Of a stretch of 64,000 nt of DNA, positions 11,470 to 23,000 are shown in pieces (position 1 is the first letter of the stretch; each line of letters starts with the position of its first letter). The translations under genes and the position numbers were made by a program. The stretch comes from Trypanosoma brucei (Eukaryota). The stretch is from contig CM000207.1 of assembly GCA_000002445.1 (NCBI GenBank), forward strand, positions 1,568,001 through 1,632,000, in the 5' to 3' direction. The notes beneath the pieces are model-generated. The model did not search any database and was not told the origin of the DNA. It saw only the letters and a program-made list of their open reading frames with translations.

Positions 11470-11820
11470 TTAAAGAGATGTTCTTTAACTTTCCTAGGGC
11501 GACCAATAGAAAGCAAAAAGGGAAAAGGGAAAGATCAAAAGTGAGAAGTCGGATATGTGGACCGTTATCTTCCGTAGGTCACTGTCTCATTCATTGAAGA
11601 AGGATTCAAAAGAATGACCGCTCGTGGTTATGTATAACTTTTTTTTCACAGACAGATTTGCACGGAGACAAAACGCATCTCAATAAGGATTCAGCATGAT
11701 GAATACAACTTCGTGTGGGTTGGTTCCTGATTTTGCACAACAGAGGTCAACGATCAAGAGGGGGTCCTGCAGGAAGCGTCGGCTGTTGGCGTACTTCTGT
11801 TCCTGGTACACCTTCATCTG

Positions 11821-12120
11821 TTATTTCCGTCCCCTTTGAACCCTCTTATCGTATCGTATATGTCGTAGCTTCTTTCCGTGTCTACTAGTCGATGCCCCCG
11901 GTTTGACCGGGTGAGGTGTTCGCGTACGATTAAAAATCGTTTCCTCCGGGCGTCCAATGTAGTACGGTTTCGTCGTTGTCCCACACTCTTCACAGGACTC
12001 CCCTTGGTACACGCGCTGTGTAGTCCTCGTAACCCACACATGAGAGGAAGTCCACGTGTTGCTGCACACCCGGCAGCGAAAGATGCCCGGACGTCTAGCC
12101 AGTGGTGGGGGAGTAAACAT
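11821..12120 (-). CDS. Candidate small zinc-ribbon protein (C-x2-C ... C-x2-C; weak resemblance to DNL-type/Zim17-Hep1 zinc fingers)
   Basis: ORF in the spacer between the Nopp140-like gene and POLE, same strand as the transcription unit. FRCRVCSNTWTSSHVWVTRTTQRVYQGESCEECG. ATG at 12118-12120 (99 aa); an earlier in-frame ATG at 12163-12165 would add a presequence-like MLTITALLLLRPRH. The ORF-track start (12219) is GTG. Confidence 0.3.
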   Translation of the reverse strand: MFTPPPLARRPGIFRCRVCSNTWTSSHVWVTRTTQRVYQGESCEECGTTTKPYYIGRPEETIFNRTRTPHPVKPGASTSRHGKKLRHIRYDKRVQRGRK

Positions 12121-12561
12121 AATATGCCGTGGCCGCAGAAGAAGAAGAGCGGTGATAGTGAGCATAAAGAGGGTTGCTATAGATGGGAAAGTTTCTCCTT
12201 CACGCCAACATATAGACACACCCCACGTGTTTTTGACTGCTGCCGTGAGGCAGTGTCCGGAAGTCGCTACCTTGCGCGTGCACGGGAGAAAGAAGATCAG
12301 AAGAAGGGAAAGATATAGTGCTAGTAGCTACTATTATGGGACGGCAAAAACACGACCACCTTTTTACAAGCATTCGCGTGTGTTTCCTCTCCATAAGCGT
12401 TGCTCCGGTTGACAAGAAAAATTTGCGGCTCTCTGGCACTTCCTCCTGCAAGTATCATCTTGTATTCAAATATTTTTCTCTATAGAAATACCCGTTCTAT
12501 ATTTCGATTACGATCTCTATGTGTTACCGCCAGTTTGTGAAAGCTCCCTCTATCATGAAGG

Positions 12562-15500
12562 TTAGCTGAATTGAAGCGCTGTTTCAACACACTCCTCCAA
12601 CCACGCAAACCCCTGAATGACAGCGACTTTTTTGAGCGCCTGAAGCTGAGTGTGGATTGGCTTTGCCTTTCCCACGAGAGGCCCACAACATGTTTGATTG
12701 ATAGAGTTTGCTGTGACCTCGTGACACTTACCACAAACAAAGTCCTGCTTTGTATAGCTCATTACCAGTGTGTTTACTTTGCGTACGAGGTAAGACTCGA
12801 CGGCGGAGGCGAATATGGGGGCACTGCATCCATTGCAGCGCATTCGTTTCTCCCGAATGCTCAGATCAAGAAGAACATCTGCATTACAAAAGCTACATTG
12901 AAACATCAGCTGGTGGCAATCGGTGTCTGCATCAGCAGTAATCTGTGCCAGTGGAGAGAAGGGACTCACCCCACACAGCCTCAGACAGTTATTTCGTACC
13001 TTTCCCAAAACCCCGTCGTTGGGGAACAGTTCCAATAGTCGACAAACCACCTTTGTGTACTCCAGTGCGACCGCAGCACCTGTTAGAGTTGTCTCACCAG
13101 CTGGGAACCCCTTTTCATGGAGATCCTTCCGCTCCGTGAGGTCGTGAACCTCCTCAATAAGTTCGGTGTGAAGTTTTCCTTCAACCAACTTCTTGTAAAC
13201 GCCAACTATCCTCGTAAGAATTTGTTCATTTTTTGTCGCCAACACGACTGTTGGATCCTCTTGAACCTCGACAAGCACGCTCTCCCGCGCCAACGCTATC
13301 GCGCGCAAGGTCCCCTCTATTCGAACCAATAAGATGTCCCTAACCTTTTTTGGCAGCTTACTCCATATGGTGAAGGAGTACTCAACTAGCATCTCGTCTA
13401 ACACCACCTGATCTTTCTCTTTTAGAGATTTGCATCCTTCGCTCGTGACATACAAAAATACGTAGTCCCGCTTGTCAAGAATGACAAACGGGCACCAGTA
13501 ACGAATCGGTTTCAGGGACAAGAGGAGGAGCATCGGCTGGTCCTTTAAGGAATCCACCATGAATCGTGCGAAGCTCACCGTATCTTGAATGGTGTGCTTC
13601 GGAGTCAGAACAACGATGGAGTCACCATCTACCTTCACCGTACGACCACCAAGCTTCGCAAGGCTAAATAAGACAGTTGTCAGTGCACGGTGTGCCAGCG
13701 TACTCACCAACTCTAACAGCCGCGGCTCGTAACATGATGAAACGGGGTCCCGAATCCACCGAGAGAAGCTAGCGAGAAGAACATCTGCTACAGCGTTGGT
13801 TCGCACTTGACCCAACAAATCCGAGACGAGATCTCGCAGTATGTTAAAGTGTGTGGTTACACCTTGGTTGCACAGAGCATGGGCATTAGGGTCATCGCCT
13901 TCTTGAATCAACTGTGAGAACAACACGGCGACCACATCGAGCCGCGCCAAACTAAACTCAACGCCCCACGAAAGGTAACCACCGGGCATGACAACCTGCC
14001 GCGGTCGCTCCTCTATGGAATCGAAGGCGATAGATACATCACGCGAGTTCCATAAGACATGGGCACGAGCATGCAGTGCTCTCGTGAAGAGCACATCCCA
14101 AGCATGGACACTCGTGTCTTGCATCAGATTGCATAGAGGGATACGGGAGAGGCGACTAAATGAGATGCGCTCCTCTACCCAAAGTAGAGATGCACAATAG
14201 CGCTGCAGCAGCCTCCGTGCGAGTAACCGTGTCCACCGGAATGGATCAGAAAGCAGGCGTTCATCCTCCGCTGCACCAAGGATACGGAGATATGGGAGTG
14301 ATGACGGAAGGCAACGTTGTTCAATAAGTTGCGTCGTAGTGATACTACTTTCAAGGACAGCAAACAACGGTGAGCCCCCTCCTTCCATCACTCCATTTAG
14401 TGAGCGATAGACGAGTCGCCACGCATTTTCGGTATCTGCGACGACCTCCCACGTCACATCCAGCGGAACCTCAGTACTGTTGAGAGACTGTGCTGCCTCA
14501 AAGAACAATGTTCTCCAATTTATTGTTGGGGCAGGCGCCGAGGCTGGTTGAATTATAGCTACGAAAGCAGTATGATCGAAGTGGTTCACAAGCCCAATTA
14601 TGCCGCGGGTGTCGGAAGCGACGTGAAAAAGAAATACAAAACGGTTAGACGAATTTTGGAGGTAATTTCCGGTGGGGACACTCGTAAGTTCATCTACGCT
14701 AAAAGTCCCTCTTGCATATGGTCTCTGCCTCGCGTTTCGCAGATAATCGTCAACTAAAACGTTCGCACAGCACCCGATTTTTTCAATCATCACCTCAGCT
14801 CGTGTAATGTGATCCTCATAAACCATGTGGACATCCTCTCGTCCTGTGAGTAATCCATTCAGCATTCTTTCGCCCTCTCGACCCGGAGGTAAATCAACAT
14901 GCAACAGGTTTGTCGAGCTTCGACTTCGAGGTAAAACAAGCGCATTGGTAACAGGTTTCGCGGAGGGTAAAAATGCATTATGATCGGCATCAACAACAAT
15001 GCGCCGTGGAACAATGCACCGGAAGGTGTAGAGGGTTTTATCCAGAGCTGCGATAACCGCCACCGTACCGTCGTCAGCTTTGTCCGTTCGTATTTCCATG
15101 ATATGCCAGGTTGTCGATAGTGCTTTAGTTTTCACATCAATGAAGTGGCTGCTAGTTGGCTGTCCATCCGCTGTGAGTAACTCACTTTCTTTCATCATTT
15201 GTCGGCGTAACGTAGCGCGACGTGTCCACGCTTGCTTCTGCAGCTTCAACCAAGCCCCCACACGTGCATCTGCGAAGAAAGCGGCATCCATAGGGTGGTT
15301 GCTGTTCGGTGCAAAATACTTGGACTTTAGCATTTCAACATCCTCAATTTCATGTAACTCTGCCTCACGCACAAGGCGGTATCCCTCATCGTCAGACACA
15401 TTAACGATACTAGCAACGTCCGAGTCAGTACCTTCGCTTTCTTGAAGGTAGTAAACATCGCCGTTAACCACCCCTGCAGAACCATTCTTCTTACGACGCA

Positions 15501-18500
15501 CATCTTTCTCTCCACCGGATGAGGGGGCCACCCCATCGCCCGTAACAAGATCCTCCACATCAGGCACACCACCGTCACCTGGTTTAGCCTTGACGAACAT
15601 ATTTGTCAGCGTCGTTTGCTTGAATCTTGAGTTCAGTTGTTGAACACGCTTCTGAAGCCAGTCCGGGTACGGCACTCGTGGGACTGGGTTGGGGACCTGC
15701 TGTAGCGCGGCAGGAATCGTTATAATTTTCTGCACGCATGCGTTGTAGCGAGCAATGTAATAATCCCAGTCAAGCAAATGTTGAAGGTCTACATTAGCGG
15801 ATATGGAGTTGTCACCCGTCCATTTGCGTAAGAAGTGTGTGCGAATGGCAGGATCTGCCCGGAAAATAGTGAGTGGAATCGCCCGCTCAGTAACAGGGCG
15901 GCCGCTGGGAAGACGCGAGATCACGAATTGGCAAGCAAGTCCCTTATCTTTAACCATCTGTGGACCAAGGAAGTCTCCAATACGTCGAGCTGTTGTCAGT
16001 GCAAGGGACTTCTGCGAGTCAGGATATTCTGACAGACGTCGAGTCATGTTGCTGCTCTCCGACAGCTTCTCAAGAATCTCCTCTGGGTCGTAGCCCTCGC
16101 CCTTGGAGTACAACATGTCGAGTGCGACGTTAGCTGCAACGGCCGCTGAGGCATACGATTCAACCAGGGTGGTGCCGTCCAAGAAGCGACGAAACACCTG
16201 CGATTGAAAATCCTTTATAAGCATCAACTCCCCACGTCGCTTGAGCTCGAACCCCTTCAAATCAGCAAGTCGGCCGTCCGGGTCAAACACGGCGTAACGT
16301 TTCTTAATACCTTTCCCCTCCTCCCTACTCGCTGGGAGCATCATTGCTAGATAGGGCCCATCAACTTCAAAATATATGGAGCACTCGCTACGGCGTTCGT
16401 ACAAACCGGGTCCAACGCAAGTTTGGTACTGATGGTTTGTATATCCGTCATGCACCATTTTGTTGAGCACAATACAGGGGTAGGAAATAGTCACCTTTGG
16501 TGTCGATGGGTTAGTTGTTGTGAAGGTAAAGTTCTCTGGGAAGGTGTTCGGAAGGCAGCACCAAATGCCATCCGTATCCAATTCAAGGGTGACTCCAATC
16601 TGTTGTACTAGCGCACGCGCCATTTGAATCAGCGTGGCACCGAGGTATGTGACAATGCCAGCCATTTCCATGCTGTACCAGCGGCTCCCTTTGCGCATTA
16701 CGTAGCCATAGAATGAGTTCAGAATGCACTTGTGAGCTAGCTGGAGGGACTCCATTTGCACACAACGACTTTTGCAAAGCTTGATTTCTTCGGTGTCTTT
16801 GGCATTGTCCAACCTCTTCTTCCACGTTTTGAGGGCCGCTTTGTACTCGTATCTGCGGTCTCGAAACAGACGCACTGTGTCCACGTAGAAGGAGTTTTCG
16901 CGCTGACAAACAACGTCGCTCCGCATGATCTCACGGGATTCGTGGATTTTGCCGTAAGCCTTCCTGCTGTACTCGGCAAGGCGCTTCTTGAGCATGTTAA
17001 ACTTTGTGGACTCCTGTAATTTGTAATACGCCTTAGGGCCACCTGCATCCTCATCCTCATCGCTACCGGAGCCATCTTGATCCTTTTGGAACTCCTTATG
17101 CAGCAGTGCATTCCGCGCCTCCTGGCGCTGAAAGTTGTTCTCGTGCCTGTAGTCGCTCTTGACATCGTTCTGTCGTTTCGCGAAGGGGCGCCTCTTCTTT
17201 TCGTACGCAGTTCCCTCCAAAACATTGTCTTTGCGGTTGCCGTACGTTTTCTTTTGGACAGCTGATAGGTTGGCCTGCTGAATAACCGATTCCGCAAAAG
17301 ACTCGTTCTCCAGCTGCGCCTTGACACGTTGATACTCATGGCGACCCGCTGTAAGGAATTCACCCTTCCATTTCCACGCCATAGTCCTTTTGCAGAAGTG
17401 TTCGTTCGTCGGAGAATTGAAACAACATCCCGCGCACACCTCAGCCTTCGGAATGGCGTAAGGTTGCAACCTATTTGTGAGAATAATGTTCGGGTACATT
17501 GCACCGACGTCCAGATGGTATATGATGGGCGTGGCATACTGAGATGGTCGATCACGTAGAACTTCAAGTCTAGCTTTGATGCTATCACGGATTTCCTCGT
17601 AATTTGTCACTTCATTCATCTTTACACTGTTTTCCACTTCTAATGAGAATCGCAGCGCGTCGTCGAGATCGTCGATGAGCTTTTGATACATGTCAGCACT
17701 CATTTGAAAATGTATGGGAATATCACTGCGGTAAACACCACTGCGAAGAGCCTCAACCCGGCCACCGATGTATGTTTCACTATCAATCAGGTGACCGTTG
17801 AAAAATCTTTCCAATTTAATCTCCTTCTTGTTGGGAAAAATAACGTTATTTGCATACGCTTGCACCATGAGCAACGACTCGCAAAGACCACCAGAGCCCT
17901 TCCGAAGCACGTCATCCGGGGCCATGGGAATTATCGTGGATAGTGAGTAAATAAAAGGATGAACGTACTTTTGGTAAAGAAACCATGTTGACAAGGCGTC
18001 GGAGACAGAGTACGACGCCATCTGTTGTGGGTTGCTTTGTGCAAGTGGCAACATATCCTCCGGATCGACTTCTATTGGCTCATATCCCAGTTTGTACTTC
18101 GTTACCGCCTTCAGACCTTGACTACCTTGCGGGAGGTAGCTGTCCCGCTTCACCCAGTAAAAGCAATCCAAATGCACTAATTTGTTAGCTACAAACGCCC
18201 CCTCAGAGTTCTGCGAAAAGCCCAGTTCTTCTCGCATGCTTAGATGGTGGAATAATGAGCGTGCGTGGATGAAAGGAAAGTCGAAATAGTCTCCGTTATA
18301 CGTAACATACACAGTTGGCTGGTATAGACGCATCTCACTGTAGAAACGTTGCAGCAATGCCTTTTCATCTGGTTCATTAAAGGTATCAAATATCCCTTCA
18401 TACTCGGGCTTGGGCGTGTATTCGAACTGATGAATATCTGTGGCCACAATTTCGCGGTTGACGATCAGATACCCACGCCCGTCAAGCACATACGAAATCA

Positions 18501-19284
18501 TGTAAATTTGATCCACCTCAGGTTGTGGGAACTTTAGTGGTGCTTTTGTCGTTTCGATATCAAACGCACACACGCGTGGCATAGCCGGTGCGTATGCATT
18601 AAGATCACAGCGGATCAGCTGCGTTTCCCCTTCGTGAACTTTGACGTCATACCATAATCCCACAAAAACACCAAGGTCAATCCCCACACGCATGCTGTAC
18701 TTCACGTCATATTCCCGTATTTCGTGAACCCAGTCAAACCACCTTTCTGATGCGGTGGTACTATTAACAGGGTCATCCTCAAATGTTTTGGCCATCACGT
18801 CCCCGATCGACCTGTCAAGTGGGTTGAGCAGCGTATTGCTTGCGCCCATCGATGCGTTTCGTTTCACTATCTTCTCTAAACGACCACGAACGGTAGTAAG
18901 GTCCTGCACATTAGAGAAGGAAACCTTTAGGTACAGGCGCTTGCGGCCGCTCAAATGGTTAATGAGGTCAAGGTCTTCTTTCTCCACAATTTCGATATGA
19001 CAGATCAATTGCGGTCCAAACAGCGACATCATGCCGAGCTCTACCTCATGCTCGTGACCCTCAACTGCGGAGACAAATATGTAGGGATTGTAAAACAAAT
19101 TTACCTGAAATACTTCACGCTCGTGATCTGTGAATAGAAGAACCAGCGCAGCGCGTACGCCTGAGCCACCATGCCGATCAAAAGCGGACTCCGGTGCTGC
19201 AACACTTGTTGGGTGATAATTAAACAGCCAACCGGTCCGGGTGCCACTCTCCATAATCGGCCACTCATCTTGTGGGGGTGGCAT
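12562..19284 (-). CDS. POLE: DNA polymerase epsilon catalytic subunit (family B polymerase)
   Basis: About 2240 aa. N-terminal region matches Pol epsilon (GTRTGWLFNYHPT like yeast GRVGWLTNMHAT). Exonuclease and polymerase motifs including VTLELDTDGIWCCLP (motif C). C-terminal Cys-rich zinc modules (CGKCHEV...CCG). The ORF track extends to 19641 through a poly-pyrimidine 5' UTR (translates FLFLFFLFL). The first plausible ATG is 19282-19284 (MPPPQDEWPIMESG); an alternative is 10 codons downstream. Confidence 0.9.
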   Translation of the reverse strand: MPPPQDEWPIMESGTRTGWLFNYHPTSVAAPESAFDRHGGSGVRAALVLLFTDHEREVFQVNLFYNPYIFVSAVEGHEHEVELGMMSLFGPQLICHIEIVEKEDLDLINHLSGRKRLYLKVSFSNVQDLTTVRGRLEKIVKRNASMGASNTLLNPLDRSIGDVMAKTFEDDPVNSTTASERWFDWVHEIREYDVKYSMRVGIDLGVFVGLWYDVKVHEGETQLIRCDLNAYAPAMPRVCAFDIETTKAPLKFPQPEVDQIYMISYVLDGRGYLIVNREIVATDIHQFEYTPKPEYEGIFDTFNEPDEKALLQRFYSEMRLYQPTVYVTYNGDYFDFPFIHARSLFHHLSMREELGFSQNSEGAFVANKLVHLDCFYWVKRDSYLPQGSQGLKAVTKYKLGYEPIEVDPEDMLPLAQSNPQQMASYSVSDALSTWFLYQKYVHPFIYSLSTIIPMAPDDVLRKGSGGLCESLLMVQAYANNVIFPNKKEIKLERFFNGHLIDSETYIGGRVEALRSGVYRSDIPIHFQMSADMYQKLIDDLDDALRFSLEVENSVKMNEVTNYEEIRDSIKARLEVLRDRPSQYATPIIYHLDVGAMYPNIILTNRLQPYAIPKAEVCAGCCFNSPTNEHFCKRTMAWKWKGEFLTAGRHEYQRVKAQLENESFAESVIQQANLSAVQKKTYGNRKDNVLEGTAYEKKRRPFAKRQNDVKSDYRHENNFQRQEARNALLHKEFQKDQDGSGSDEDEDAGGPKAYYKLQESTKFNMLKKRLAEYSRKAYGKIHESREIMRSDVVCQRENSFYVDTVRLFRDRRYEYKAALKTWKKRLDNAKDTEEIKLCKSRCVQMESLQLAHKCILNSFYGYVMRKGSRWYSMEMAGIVTYLGATLIQMARALVQQIGVTLELDTDGIWCCLPNTFPENFTFTTTNPSTPKVTISYPCIVLNKMVHDGYTNHQYQTCVGPGLYERRSECSIYFEVDGPYLAMMLPASREEGKGIKKRYAVFDPDGRLADLKGFELKRRGELMLIKDFQSQVFRRFLDGTTLVESYASAAVAANVALDMLYSKGEGYDPEEILEKLSESSNMTRRLSEYPDSQKSLALTTARRIGDFLGPQMVKDKGLACQFVISRLPSGRPVTERAIPLTIFRADPAIRTHFLRKWTGDNSISANVDLQHLLDWDYYIARYNACVQKIITIPAALQQVPNPVPRVPYPDWLQKRVQQLNSRFKQTTLTNMFVKAKPGDGGVPDVEDLVTGDGVAPSSGGEKDVRRKKNGSAGVVNGDVYYLQESEGTDSDVASIVNVSDDEGYRLVREAELHEIEDVEMLKSKYFAPNSNHPMDAAFFADARVGAWLKLQKQAWTRRATLRRQMMKESELLTADGQPTSSHFIDVKTKALSTTWHIMEIRTDKADDGTVAVIAALDKTLYTFRCIVPRRIVVDADHNAFLPSAKPVTNALVLPRSRSSTNLLHVDLPPGREGERMLNGLLTGREDVHMVYEDHITRAEVMIEKIGCCANVLVDDYLRNARQRPYARGTFSVDELTSVPTGNYLQNSSNRFVFLFHVASDTRGIIGLVNHFDHTAFVAIIQPASAPAPTINWRTLFFEAAQSLNSTEVPLDVTWEVVADTENAWRLVYRSLNGVMEGGGSPLFAVLESSITTTQLIEQRCLPSSLPYLRILGAAEDERLLSDPFRWTRLLARRLLQRYCASLLWVEERISFSRLSRIPLCNLMQDTSVHAWDVLFTRALHARAHVLWNSRDVSIAFDSIEERPRQVVMPGGYLSWGVEFSLARLDVVAVLFSQLIQEGDDPNAHALCNQGVTTHFNILRDLVSDLLGQVRTNAVADVLLASFSRWIRDPVSSCYEPRLLELVSTLAHRALTTVLFSLAKLGGRTVKVDGDSIVVLTPKHTIQDTVSFARFMVDSLKDQPMLLLLSLKPIRYWCPFVILDKRDYVFLYVTSEGCKSLKEKDQVVLDEMLVEYSFTIWSKLPKKVRDILLVRIEGTLRAIALARESVLVEVQEDPTVVLATKNEQILTRIVGVYKKLVEGKLHTELIEEVHDLTERKDLHEKGFPAGETTLTGAAVALEYTKVVCRLLELFPNDGVLGKVRNNCLRLCGVSPFSPLAQITADADTDCHQLMFQCSFCNADVLLDLSIREKRMRCNGCSAPIFASAVESYLVRKVNTLVMSYTKQDFVCGKCHEVTANSINQTCCGPLVGKAKPIHTQLQALKKVAVIQGFAWLEECVETALQFS

Positions 19285-20091
19285 TTGTACGCTACAATTC
19301 ATTAATAGCGGTGCCAAGAACAAGAAAAACAAAAAAAGAAAGAGGTAAGTATTTTGGAAGAGCTGCAGATTGTCCGGCAAAACCCACACCTTTCGTTCAA
19401 GAATTTTTGTATCGAGGGGGGGAAGTTGAGGTGGAAAAAAGTGAGAGATCGTCCATCTATGGATGGACGAACCAGTTGAAATGGTTAAATGGGTCGTGAA
19501 CACAGGACAGTGAGAGTTAGTTGAACGAAACCGCGGAAAACAAAAAAAAATCAAAGGTGATGACTCTTTTAAAGAACCCCTCGCACAGTGATGTGCCACC
19601 ACGAACTCATCAGCTAACGTAAAAACGGGTTGATGCAACAAATTGGGTAGATCTTATAATATTTCTCCACCTTAGCAATGCACAGCGCACCGACAAGGTA
19701 CATGGGTTAAGATTATAGCTTCCATGGCAAACTGACGAGGCGTCTCTTCCTCCTCTTGTCTGCCTGCGTGGACCCACCCGTGACAACACACGGGCAGGGA
19801 AATCAGCATCCGCCAACTTAACCGAGATGAAAAATACACAACACATCCAAATGATGTGTCTGCACACTATTGGTGCCACAGAACGCACACAACTGCTCAC
19901 CGCAGTACCGTGCAAACAGGGGAGAAAATTTTTTTTAAAAAAGAAAAACGAAAATTAGGGGGAGAATGCACTGTAATACCCACACGCTCAAGGTACACCA
20001 CCGGCTGGTTCCTCCAGGTAGGTTCAAGTTAGCGTGTGGTGTCTCTCTTCACTTTCTATAGTGAGTAGCTACCTGCGTGCAGTCTCTGTGT

Positions 20092-23000
20092 CTACCAGAA
20101 ACTCAGCAGTGCGAATGCAACGCGTGCAGCCACTACGGATAAGCCAAACAAAAAGACCGTTCCCTCAAGTGGACGCCGCAACGCAACTACACCCATCCAA
20201 CAGGCGACAAACATAAAGGTAAATGATCCCACTTTTGTTAGTAGTTTCAACTTCGGGTACCGCCTGCCCAAATCTCCCATACTGTATTCTAAGCGCTCAA
20301 TCGTCCTCTCTCCCAATACCTCCTGCGATTCTAACCTTTCTCTCTGCTTTCTTTTCTTACCTTCCCGTCTCTCCTCACCGCCGCTACAGTTCGTCCCACC
20401 CACATATTGCATCTTCTTGGCGCTGCCACGATCTGTGATGCCGTCTTGATGAAGGAGTGCAAGGTACACCGTTCCGTAGACAACAGCTAAGCAGCCCTGA
20501 GCCACGGTAAGAGCAATAATTTGTTCAGGCAAACTTTCAAATCTCTCTGAGTCTGTTAGAGTTTCCGTTGGCAACATAAAGTAGTTTCGTATTAGAAGTC
20601 CACTTCCTTCAAAGTGAGTCGCCAACTGAATCGGGAATATAACAAGCAGACACAACTGTTGGTACCTTCGTCCTGTATTGGTAAACATTTCCTCAGGAAT
20701 GCACCAGAGAGAAGCAAGCGCGAAAATGCAAGATATGTTTGTGGTGACATACACGTGCATCCAGTAGACGGTGCTGTGCAGCACCATAGGAGCCAACCAC
20801 AAGAATGCAAAGGGCCACACCGCCAACCTGCCTGACGGCCGCCTAATCAACAAGGGTCGGATCACCTTGAATAGAGGCCACAACAAATAATACTGAACTT
20901 GCATCAACGACACCGATAGGACCGTTAAACAGTAACTAAACACCAAATGTACCATGTGCTCTAGTGTTACGTCCGCTGGAACGGCCGCCACCATGCGAAT
21001 CCAGGAGTGCCTGCACGTGTCCAGCCGTGGTGGCAGCGCACACAAGAATACCAGCGTGAGTGCTTCCGAAAGACTCATCATGTCTGTGATATTGCCACCC
21101 GACACCCGTGGTGGCTCCTCGTCGAGGCACACAGACAGTGTTTGTCTTACCACATGAAGGCTTGCGAGCTCGATCCCCAGGCCAACGGCTATGGCAAGAA
21201 TGGTCGGCGATACTTCGAAAAATCCTCGAACTCCCTTCTCAGGTTCACCCCCGCCTCGCGCGAGGCGGGGCACGTGGAAGACAACTATTATAACGAAGAA
21301 GAAAAGCACATAGCAACTAATAAGCTGTATGGCGACAGAATATGTTGTGCCAATTGCCATCCACCGCAAGCTGTCGTAGTTAAGGCGCCACAGCCAATAA
21401 CTGGGCTTGATCCACTCAGGGGACTGGTGCATCTTCGTGTCTTCGAAATCCATCTTTGGCTGTATGTCAGGTGTCAGCACGTAGACCACATAAACATTGG
21501 TTACGTTGAAGGGCGTCGTGTGAAAAGGGCGCCAACTGTATGTAAATGAACTAACATTTTCCACATACGGGCCGAAAAAGTACTGATTCTGGGCCTCCGG
21601 TTCATCTAACGCAACTTTCTCACCTCCCCTAAACGTCACACGAAGGGAACGCAAAGATCCACATATGGTGACGGGGTAAACTGTTCTGTTTTTCACGTAC
21701 AGAGATAAACTAGTTTCCATTTGGGAAACGCGCATATTACGAATAAGGGAGAATCTCCCGTACTTCTCCACGGAGATGTCTCCACTCAACTGCGAATAGA
21801 GTGTGGCGTCGTGAACCTCCGGTGAAGACAACTCGCGCAATGGGTCAATAACGTCGTGCTGCACAAGGGCAAAGTGGCTCACATTTACCTTTTCATTCCG
21901 AACAAAGAAACAAAATCGTGGACGAAGCCGCAGTGACGATTGCTCTCTACGCCTCCGTAGAACCTGGAAACTCAACGCGGTGCGGAGAACCGTACCCTCA
22001 GTAACGTTACTATCCTTGCGCCGGTAAGGAAGATGCAGCTTAGTAGCCAGCCGCACTTGTAAATTAGATTGAGATAAAGGCTCCTCATTTTCTTCATCAG
22101 CAACTAAAGTCAACTCCGGGAGAATTACTTCCTCCGCTTCGTATGTTGTTGCCCCAACAAAAATATGTAATGGGCTCCAGGACTCAGTGTCTTCATCTTC
22201 ACTGACGGGTAGATCTTGTAGGTTGAGTGTGCTCTGTCCGTCTGCACAGAGCCTTGTCAGACCATTCATAAAGTGCCTTCCGTCAGTCATGTGGTACTTG
22301 TCATTTTCAGAATCGTAGTGAAGGGCAGTAGTGAAGCGAAACTTCTCCGCACGGTAGGCATCTGAGTTTCGGCTCAGCGTTTCAAGAACCATTGGGAACA
22401 TTCGCTCCCTTCCCACCGGAAGGGTCGACTCCACACCAACAAGTCTACCTGCCTCGCCGGTCAGGGATGCCACAACGGTATAATACCCTGCAGAATCCAG
22501 CAACTGAACCGCGTACACGAGACCGCGGTGGCTGAGGGAGATACCACATCCCCGCAATTCTTCTGTGCATACATCTCTACGACCTGCATACGGCGGTTTC
22601 GTTGCCAACAGCGGTCGATGCTCAGGTGACGTCGAACGTCGACTGACAGTGCGCATAATATGAGAACTTCGCGGTGGAACAATATCTTCGAGGGCTCCAC
22701 CGTGAACACTGACTAGACTGACACGCTCCAACCGCCCCGCAATGTCCGCATGTGGGACACTATTCAGATTTTTCAAGAGCTCGTAGGTGCTGGACCCCGC
22801 AAGTATTTTTGACCAGTTACGCTGCGTGTTACTTATATTTGCGTATGGCACAGTTACAGCATCCTGTATGGTTTTCTGGAAGTAGACAGCTGGTAAATCG
22901 AATAGCAGAGGCGAATAGCGTAGAGGTGGGCCCGCCATAACCAAGCCAGCGTACAGCTCAGGTGCAAGCAAGGCGGCAAATACGCCTAGAACACCGCCAA

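Noticed and set aside
16737-17588. 283-aa minus-strand ORF nested inside POLE in another frame
   Set aside because: It is a shadow ORF within a well-supported 2.2k-aa polymerase gene. Arg/Ser-rich composition typical of off-frame translation.
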